IMG/VR virus record: IMGVR_UViG_3300028534_000019
Span: 31,091 to 95,090 of that record
DNA length: 64,000 nt
Direction: 5' to 3' (one strand)
DNA from: a virus
Lineage: Duplodnaviria > Heunggongvirae > Uroviricota > Caudoviricetes
Within the stretch, counting starts at the first letter, position 1, and every line of letters starts with the position of its first letter. A program made the translations under genes and the position numbers. The notes below the pieces were generated by a model. That model saw only the letters and a list, made by a program, of their open reading frames with translations. It did no database searches and was not told where the DNA came from. This document shows, piece by piece, positions 43,498 through 49,692 of the stretch.

Positions 43498-43989
43498 GTG
43501 AAAAAATATGATAATGTGTTAATGATTAATGCTAAATCTTGGGCAAAACAGAGTTACTGTAATAGAAAAAAAGTAGGTGCTGTTTTAGCCAAAGATGGTA
43601 GGATTTTAGCAACAGGTTATAATGGTACTATCTCAGGTACTGAAAATTGTTGTGAAGAAAAATGTGATGTTTGTAATGGTACAGGTAGGTCATATTTAGA
43701 TGATGAAGAATATTGTCCTAGATGTAATGGTGGTGGTAAAATTACAAATGATTTTACATTACACGCTGAACAAAATATAATTACATTTTGTGCTAAAGAA
43801 GGAATACCAACAAAAGATACTACGATTTACATTACTCTAAGCCCTTGTAAAACTTGTGCTAAATTAATTGCTCAAAGTGGTATTAAAAGAGTTGTGTATA
43901 ATGAACAATATAGAGATACATCAGGTGTTGATTTTCTTAAAAATCTTGGAATACAATGTGAACAACATAATACAAAAGGAAAAGAATGA
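43498..43989 (+). CDS. dCMP deaminase (ComEB/Cd family) with an extra Cys-rich insert
   Basis: GYNG...HAEQNII (HAE) and LSPCKTCAKLI (PCxxC). The insert is CCEEKCDVCNGTGRSYLDDEEYCPRCNGGGK. GTG start. Confidence 0.85.
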   Translation: MKKYDNVLMINAKSWAKQSYCNRKKVGAVLAKDGRILATGYNGTISGTENCCEEKCDVCNGTGRSYLDDEEYCPRCNGGGKITNDFTLHAEQNIITFCAKEGIPTKDTTIYITLSPCKTCAKLIAQSGIKRVVYNEQYRDTSGVDFLKNLGIQCEQHNTKGKE

Positions 43990-44579
43990 AAAAAACATTA
44001 ACAGGTACTAGTTTAGCTGGTGGAAGTGTAAATTATGATAGAGTAGAAAATGATTTTTATGCTACTGATAAGAATAGTACTAGAGGTTTATTGGATATAC
44101 ATAATATAGAATCTGATAGTTTTTATGAACCTTGTGTTGGTCAAGGGCATATAGTTGAAGTTCTTAAAGAATATTTTCCAAATGCTGAATATACTTATAG
44201 TGATTTAGTTGATAGAGGTTATGAAAATACACAAATTTTTGATTATCTAAATACTGAAACAGATATTAAAGCAGATTGGATAATCACTAATCCACCTTAT
44301 AAATTAGCAAAAGAATTTATTTCAAAAAGTTTAACACAAGCTAATAAAGGTGTGGCAATGTTTCTTAAAATCCAATTTTTAGAAGGACAAGCTAGAAAAG
44401 AATGGTTTAAAAACACACCATTAAAATATGTATATGTTTTTAGTAAAAGACAAGACCCTTTAAGAGATGGAATGGAATTAAATCCAAAAACAGGTAAAAA
44501 ATGGGGTAGCACTATGTGTTTTGCTTGGTTTGTATGGGAGATTGGATATGAGGGTGAACCAATTATTAGGTGGATATAA
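43986..44579 (+). CDS. DNA methyltransferase (NPPY motif; probably N6-adenine), no adjacent endonuclease seen
   Basis: Motif I-like YEPCVGQGHIV and motif IV DWIITNPPY. Confidence 0.7.
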   Translation: MKKTLTGTSLAGGSVNYDRVENDFYATDKNSTRGLLDIHNIESDSFYEPCVGQGHIVEVLKEYFPNAEYTYSDLVDRGYENTQIFDYLNTETDIKADWIITNPPYKLAKEFISKSLTQANKGVAMFLKIQFLEGQARKEWFKNTPLKYVYVFSKRQDPLRDGMELNPKTGKKWGSTMCFAWFVWEIGYEGEPIIRWI

Positions 44580-44794
44580 TGACAAATATTCAAAAAATTA
44601 AATTTGATGCTAAATTTAGTGTTTCATATATGAATGGAAAATATGTTATTTCAGGTTTTAATCATACTTATTCTTTACATATAAAAGATAGATGTGATGA
44701 ATTAAATTATTTCATTGAAGATTATGAATTATGGAATTTAAGAGAAAAAGAATGGGAAGACCTTGTAAATACAATTAAGAAAGAGGGATTTTAA
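44579..44794 (+). CDS. Hypothetical protein
   Basis: The ATG at 44579 overlaps the methyltransferase stop (TAATG) and is preferred to the GTG at 44570. Confidence 0.45.
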   Translation: MTNIQKIKFDAKFSVSYMNGKYVISGFNHTYSLHIKDRCDELNYFIEDYELWNLREKEWEDLVNTIKKEGF

Positions 44795-45411
44795 ATCTCT
44801 CCTGATTGTATTTTACTTAATAAACTAGCTGTATCGCCAATAAAATTATTCTGAATATTAACAGTTTTTTCATCATTTTGTTTTTCTAATTCATAAGCAT
44901 TTAAAAATTTCTTAACTTTAAGTTGTGTTTCAGCAACAGTAGAATAACTATCCATCAATAACTTCATACTTGTAACATTACCTTTTTTAAGTTCAGCATA
45001 TGCCATTAAAACACTACCTGAAACCTCTTCAGAGTGTGATACAGCTAAATCCTTACCTAACTTAGATAAAATCTCTTTCGTCGTCTGTATATCTTCTCTT
45101 AGTGCTTGTTTAACTATATCAAAATCAGTTAATAATTCATCACTCTTTACAATACTTGCTAATGTATCACTATCATTTAAAACAGGAACTTGTTTTATTT
45201 TCTCATCTATTTCTTGTTTTCTTTTTTTAAGATTATCTTCAAGACCATCAGCCTCTAATTCAAAAGCGTCTAACAAACCTAAAAATTTATTTGCTTCTTC
45301 TAATTCTTTAGAAACCTTTTCATTTACATCTTCTATAATTTCTATTTCATCAGTATTATCAGTTGATTTATTTTCTGTAAAATCTATATTATTTTCTTCT
45401 ATATTAGACAT
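44791..45411 (-). CDS. Hypothetical acidic protein (last gene of the minus-strand tail operon)
   Basis: 206-codon ORF downstream of the gp15-like gene. Convergent with the plus-strand genes. Confidence 0.6.
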   Translation of the reverse strand: MSNIEENNIDFTENKSTDNTDEIEIIEDVNEKVSKELEEANKFLGLLDAFELEADGLEDNLKKRKQEIDEKIKQVPVLNDSDTLASIVKSDELLTDFDIVKQALREDIQTTKEILSKLGKDLAVSHSEEVSGSVLMAYAELKKGNVTSMKLLMDSYSTVAETQLKVKKFLNAYELEKQNDEKTVNIQNNFIGDTASLLSKIQSGEI

Positions 45412-45434
45412 TTAAAACCTTTTTTATTATTTTT

Positions 45435-46223
45435 TTATTCATTTGGATGTGTTATAGTTGTTTTAGCATTATCTATGTTATAATCATCTTCATCTACTTG
45501 TTTTGAATTAATAAAACCTGATAATTCCTCTATCTCATATACTTCACTTTTGTAATTTATTTCAGTTGTAACAGCAGTAGTATAAATTTCAACCTCTTTA
45601 ATAATGTGTGCTTCTTTTATAGGTAAGTATAAATTACCCTTAACAGTTATCGGTACTGAAATTTCAACAAGATATATTTCATCATCATTTGGTTCAGGTA
45701 ATTCAATATCAAAATCACCTAATTGTACTTGTATAGATGTAGGTTCTTCTTGTATATCTAATTCATTAATTTTTAATGTGTAATCAGGTCTAAATAATGG
45801 TGCTATCTGTTCAATGATTATAGTAGCATCAGAAAATGTTTTTGTAGCAATATGTAAAGTAAATTCAAAATCATAAGCAACAGAATTTTTATGAAATAAT
45901 CTTGTAATATCTTCTTTACTTAAATTATCTTTTGATGTTCTGTTTACAATAGAATTTTTATTTGTATTTCTATTTAATGCTTTATTTAAGCCATTAAATT
46001 CTAAAGCCATTCTTGGTAATACATTAACATTACCATTATTAATATTTTCTATATCATAATCACTCAACATAAAAGCAATATTTCTATTCCCAAATTTTAT
46101 AGGTACTTTTGTATCTGAAATTCTTTTACCTGTATTATCAAATCTTGGTACACTAATATCATTAAATAAATCTATCAAAGCAATAGTATAATTTTTAGTT
46201 GAGTTGTGGTAAAAGTAGTTCAT
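45435..46223 (-). CDS. 15: Tail sheath stabiliser / tail completion protein (T4 gp15-like)
   Basis: MNYFYHNSTKNYTIALIDLFNDISVPRF...KVPIKFGNRN...VLPRMALEF parallels T4 gp15 MFGYFYNSSFRRYATLMGDLFSNIQIKR...RVPITYASKE...ILPRINLHL, from memory. Confidence 0.7.
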   Translation of the reverse strand: MNYFYHNSTKNYTIALIDLFNDISVPRFDNTGKRISDTKVPIKFGNRNIAFMLSDYDIENINNGNVNVLPRMALEFNGLNKALNRNTNKNSIVNRTSKDNLSKEDITRLFHKNSVAYDFEFTLHIATKTFSDATIIIEQIAPLFRPDYTLKINELDIQEEPTSIQVQLGDFDIELPEPNDDEIYLVEISVPITVKGNLYLPIKEAHIIKEVEIYTTAVTTEINYKSEVYEIEELSGFINSKQVDEDDYNIDNAKTTITHPNE

Positions 46224-46259
46224 AATTTTCCTTGTTAAAATATGTTATTTTATATTAAT

Positions 46260-46283
46260 ATTCTTAGGAAAAATCCTAAGAAT
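46260..46283 (-). terminator. Hairpin between the tube and gp15-like genes (attenuator/terminator candidate)
   Basis: ATTCTTAGGA / TCCTAAGAAT form a 10-bp perfect stem with a 4-nt loop. Confidence 0.45.
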
Positions 46284-46289
46284 AATTTT

Positions 46290-46814
46290 TTACATTTTAA
46301 TCCAGTGAGTAAATGCAAAATCAACAGTAAACTCAGTTACCATATCATTACTTTCATCAGCCATATCAATAGAACTGATATTAGTCGGCCAAAGGTTTCT
46401 AAATTGATAAGTAAGTTTTACACTATTATCTCTTGTATCTAATTGTTGAATTTGTGCTGTTTCAGTCATATAAGAAGCATTAGTAGTAACTTTTCTTTTA
46501 TGATTTTCCATATCATCAATAAATACCAACCAATCATCAAATAATTTTCTTAATTCGTGGTCTTGTGTGTTGTAAAATGTTAAAGACCAAGTATTTTCAT
46601 AAGCCGCATCACCTGCAATTATAAGTTTTCTACCTTGTGTCCAAACCTCAATTTGCCCAATAGATTTAGCTGGTATCGGCCCGCCCTTACAAAGAGTATC
46701 TATCTTTTTATCATCTTTTGGTCCGACAGGAGCCGCCAACATAACTCTATATTTATTTGCTCTTGCACCTAAACCAAGAGTACTTTTTAATTCTTGTACT
46801 TTACTAGAAGCCAT
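46290..46814 (-). CDS. 19: Tail tube protein (T4 gp19-like), paralogue 1
   Basis: GARANKYRV, FDDWLVF and NLWPTNISSIDMADESNDMVTEFTVDFAFTHW parallel T4 gp19 ...GLWPTNVGELQLDWDSNNEIQTFEVTLALDYWE. Confidence 0.85.
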   Translation of the reverse strand: MASSKVQELKSTLGLGARANKYRVMLAAPVGPKDDKKIDTLCKGGPIPAKSIGQIEVWTQGRKLIIAGDAAYENTWSLTFYNTQDHELRKLFDDWLVFIDDMENHKRKVTTNASYMTETAQIQQLDTRDNSVKLTYQFRNLWPTNISSIDMADESNDMVTEFTVDFAFTHWIKM

Positions 46815-46864
46815 AACTTCCTCCTTTTTTTAATCTTAATACAAAATTTGTACTAATTCTTATT

Positions 46865-46872
46865 TATTTATA
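46865..46872 (-). promoter_or_regulatory. T4-type late promoter box TATAAATA (minus strand)
   Basis: The plus strand reads TATTTATA, 51 nt upstream of the tube paralogue 1 ATG. AAAGGAGG RBS. Confidence 0.4.
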
Positions 46873-46886
46873 TATGGTATTTTTTA

Positions 46887-47399
46887 TCAATCCCAATGTG
46901 AATAATTAAATGTAACAGTAAACTCTAACAACCCTTCTGTATCATCACTATAAGTAGATTCAGATAATGCTTTAGGATATAAATCATATATTGTATATGT
47001 AGCCATTGGTGAGTTATCTTTTGTGCTTAATTGTTGTAAAACAGCATCAGTCATATAACTTGGTGCTGATGAAGCACTTCTATTATTTGTATTAAAATCA
47101 TCTATAAAATTCATCCAAGCTAAAAATGCTTTTCTTAATGTATGCTGTTCTGTATCAACAAATGTTAAATCCCAAGTTCCTGTAAAAAGTGTTTCACCAG
47201 CGATAGTTAATTTTTTACCTTGTACATATACTTCTACATCAGCAAATTCTTTACCAGGAATATTAGCACCTTTAACTAATGTATTAACTATATTATTACC
47301 CGGCCCGCCACCTTTTGAATTAAGAATTAGTTTATATCTATTTGACCTAGCACCTATACCAAGTGTATTTTTTAGATTTTGAATTGTACTATTTGCCAT
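46887..47399 (-). CDS. 19: Tail tube protein (gp19-like), paralogue 2
   Basis: Clearly alignable to paralogue 1 (MANSTIQNLKNTLGIGARSNRYKL..., ...DLYPKALSESTYSDDTEGLLEFTVTFNYSHWD). Confidence 0.85.
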   Translation of the reverse strand: MANSTIQNLKNTLGIGARSNRYKLILNSKGGGPGNNIVNTLVKGANIPGKEFADVEVYVQGKKLTIAGETLFTGTWDLTFVDTEQHTLRKAFLAWMNFIDDFNTNNRSASSAPSYMTDAVLQQLSTKDNSPMATYTIYDLYPKALSESTYSDDTEGLLEFTVTFNYSHWD

Positions 47400-47410
47400 T
47401 ATATATCCTT

Positions 47411-47923
47411 TTAAAATGTTTCAATATATGATGCTTTGGCTGTTATACTAAATTCAGCTATTGAAGCACCAGCACTATTATCTAAAGTCGGCCCGCCTAC
47501 TGTAACTAAAATACAATCTTTGAATTTAATAATATCTTGAAAGGTATTAATATCAAAGTCAGTGGCAGTTTGAACTAATATATCAAACCTTTGGTTTTTA
47601 GGGTATTCTCTTGAAAATTTTTGTGAAGCACTTGACCACATTCTATATAGTGTAAAATTTTCTAAATCTTTCATAGTAACAGTAACTTGAAAATTTTCTA
47701 ATCTACCCACTGCAAATCTCCATTCCTCAGCTACCCATTCCTCAATAGGTGATGAATTAACCTCAGCTAACTGTATATTAGTTATAGCGGCCGTCAGTGT
47801 ATCAGGGTCAACTGTAATAGCACCAGCGGCTGTTCCACCTGTTGGTAATATCATAACCTTAAATTTAGAGGGGTCTTGCCATCTAATAGACTTAGCAAGT
47901 TGTATAGGTGCTGATAAAGCCAT
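47411..47923 (-). CDS. Divergent tail-tube-fold protein, paralogue 3 (tube or tube-initiator-like)
   Basis: Same size and position as the tube genes. Starts MALSAP..., using the third in-frame ATG, which is preceded by GGAG. Shares a weak FKV...W...F.VTV pattern. Confidence 0.5.
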   Translation of the reverse strand: MALSAPIQLAKSIRWQDPSKFKVMILPTGGTAAGAITVDPDTLTAAITNIQLAEVNSSPIEEWVAEEWRFAVGRLENFQVTVTMKDLENFTLYRMWSSASQKFSREYPKNQRFDILVQTATDFDINTFQDIIKFKDCILVTVGGPTLDNSAGASIAEFSITAKASYIETF

Positions 47924-47937
47924 AAGCATCTCCATAT

Positions 47938-47955
47938 TTTATAAATATTTATAAA
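47938..47955. promoter_or_regulatory. Perfect 18-bp palindrome carrying TATAAATA on both strands (bidirectional late promoter candidate)
   Basis: TTTATAAATATTTATAAA is its own reverse complement. The plus-strand box is 47940-47947 and the minus-strand box is 47946-47953. It lies between divergent tail genes. Confidence 0.55.
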
Positions 47956-47964
47956 AGGAAAACA

Positions 47965-48654
47965 ATGGCTTTAGTATATAAAGAAGAATATAAAAATATA
48001 GCTAAAATAGGTGGTAAAGAAATTCATTTTAAACCGTGGAATACAAAAAATGAAAAAGAATTTTTAATTGCTGTTGAATCTGATGAAGATATTACAGATT
48101 CAATGCTATATGAATTATTAGTTAAACCTTGTATAAAAGAACAAGATATTGTACTTGATGAATACGAACAAAAATTACTTATGATTGAAATGAGGAAAAA
48201 ATCTATTGGTAGTACTTTCCCATTGAGTTACAAATGTTCTAATTGTAAAAATCTTAATGAGATTGAAGTAGAATTAGATGATATTATTAAATATAATGAA
48301 CCAAAATATGATGAGGTTACCGTAGAAGATATAACTATATCTTTTGGAGTTCCAAGAACTGAAAAATTAATCAAAAGACTTGATGAAGTTGATACAAAAG
48401 TAGAAAAAACTTTTTATAATTTTTTAATACATATAAACTATATTATTATTGATGGTGTTAAAGAAGATACATTTAGTTTTGAGGAGTTAAAAGATTATAT
48501 TGAAAGTTTACCAACATCTATTTTTGATGAATTTTATGAAAAATATAGTGCTATGAGTCCTAATTTAAGGTTTGAGTTAGACCAATATTGTATGTTTTGT
48601 AATGAGAAAAATCAGATTAATCTTGAAGGAATCCCAAATTTTTTATGGGCATAA
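47965..48654 (+). CDS. 26: Baseplate hub assembly protein (T4 gp26-like) with zinc ribbon, paralogue 1
   Basis: HFKPWNTKNEKEFL...LLMIEMRKKSIGS...YKCSNCKN...CMFCNEKN, ending IPNFLWA. This resembles the T4_baseplate (gp26) pattern from memory. Confidence 0.5.
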   Translation: MALVYKEEYKNIAKIGGKEIHFKPWNTKNEKEFLIAVESDEDITDSMLYELLVKPCIKEQDIVLDEYEQKLLMIEMRKKSIGSTFPLSYKCSNCKNLNEIEVELDDIIKYNEPKYDEVTVEDITISFGVPRTEKLIKRLDEVDTKVEKTFYNFLIHINYIIIDGVKEDTFSFEELKDYIESLPTSIFDEFYEKYSAMSPNLRFELDQYCMFCNEKNQINLEGIPNFLWA

Positions 48655-48819
48655 TGGTAGAGTCATCTTTACTAAGTATATACCAATTTTACTCTAATAT
48701 GAAATTTTTTGGAAATTATTCTATTCCTGAGGTTGATGAAATGTTGCCTTTTGAAAGAGATATTTTTTACTCTTTATTAGTTAAACTTAAAGAAGAACAA
48801 AATAAAGTTGGTATGTAAA
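48655..48819 (+). CDS. 54-aa hypothetical protein (below the ORF-track cutoff; in frame with the upstream gene)
   Basis: MVESSLLSIYQFYSNMKFFGNYSIPEVDEMLPFERDIFYSLLVKLKEEQNKVGM*. The ATG directly follows the TAA of the previous gene, in the same frame. Confidence 0.4.
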
Positions 48820-48822
48820 AAT

Positions 48823-48844
48823 TAAGTATTTTTTAGATATAATA
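48823..48844 (+). promoter_or_regulatory. Promoter candidate (TTAAGT-N10-TATAAT)
   Basis: AAAATTAAGTATTTTTTAGATATAAT. Confidence 0.5.
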
Positions 48845-48916
48845 TATTTAATTTAAAGAATAAAGAACCATTATGTCATTAAAGACTCAATGATAAATAT
48901 AAACAAAAGGAAAATT

Positions 48917-49618
48917 ATGGCTTTACAATATAAGCAATCGTATAATAATATCTCTAAAATAGGAGATAAAGAAATTCATTTTAGACCTTGGAGTGCTAAA
49001 GATGAAAGACTTTATTTGAAGTTAATTGAAAAAACTGAAAATATAACAGAAGAAGATTTTTATAACACTTTAATAAAACCTTGTATAGAAGAAAAAGATT
49101 TAGTTTTAAGTCAAGCAGAACAAAAGAAACTATTACTAGATATTAGAATTAAATCAATTTCTGAATTTATTGAAGATGATATTGTATGTGAAGAATGTGA
49201 AGAAATCACTAAAATCAAAGTTAAAATAGAAGACTGTTTAACTTATATACCAAATACATTTAAACCAATTAAAATAGATGATATAGAGATTGAATTTGAT
49301 AAACCAAAAACAATGAAAGATTATTTTAATGTAACTGAGGGTGAAAGTGTCGTAGATTATATCTATGATATGTTTTTGCTACATATAAGTAAAATAAAAA
49401 TGGTTAGTGAAGATGGTGAAAAAGTTTATGATGATATTTCTATTCAAGATAAAGAAGATTTTATAAATTCATTACCTAGTAAGATGTTTGATGAATTTTT
49501 TGAAAAATTTCAAGAAATGCTAGATGAAACAAAAATAACCTATAAGTTTACTTGTCCTAAATGTAAACACAAACAAGAAACAGACTACAATTTTATACCT
49601 AACCTTCTTTGGGTATAA
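48917..49618 (+). CDS. 26: gp26-like hub assembly protein, paralogue 2
   Basis: MALQYKQSYNNISKIGDKEIHFRPWSAKDERLYL... is alignable to 47965-48654. Cys pairs CEECEE / CPKCKH, ending IPNLLWV. The ATG at 48917 (RBS AAAGGA) is preferred to 48890. Confidence 0.5.
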   Translation: MALQYKQSYNNISKIGDKEIHFRPWSAKDERLYLKLIEKTENITEEDFYNTLIKPCIEEKDLVLSQAEQKKLLLDIRIKSISEFIEDDIVCEECEEITKIKVKIEDCLTYIPNTFKPIKIDDIEIEFDKPKTMKDYFNVTEGESVVDYIYDMFLLHISKIKMVSEDGEKVYDDISIQDKEDFINSLPSKMFDEFFEKFQEMLDETKITYKFTCPKCKHKQETDYNFIPNLLWV

Positions 49619-49654
49619 AATAAACTATAAAATCTCTTACTATATTAAGTTATC

Positions 49655-49662
49655 TATAAATA
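49655..49662 (+). promoter_or_regulatory. T4-type late promoter box TATAAATA
   Basis: CTATAAATACTTTTAA lies 31 nt upstream of the tape measure ATG. The same 16-mer occurs at 62436-62451. Confidence 0.5.
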
Positions 49663-49692
49663 CTTTTAAGATAAAAATAGTCAGGAGATTTT

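Noticed and set aside
46242-46442. 66-aa plus-strand ORF overlapping the 3' end of tube paralogue 1 and the inter-gene hairpin.
   Set aside because: It is antisense to a well-supported gp19-like gene. Its start lies in the terminator-like hairpin region and it has no RBS.
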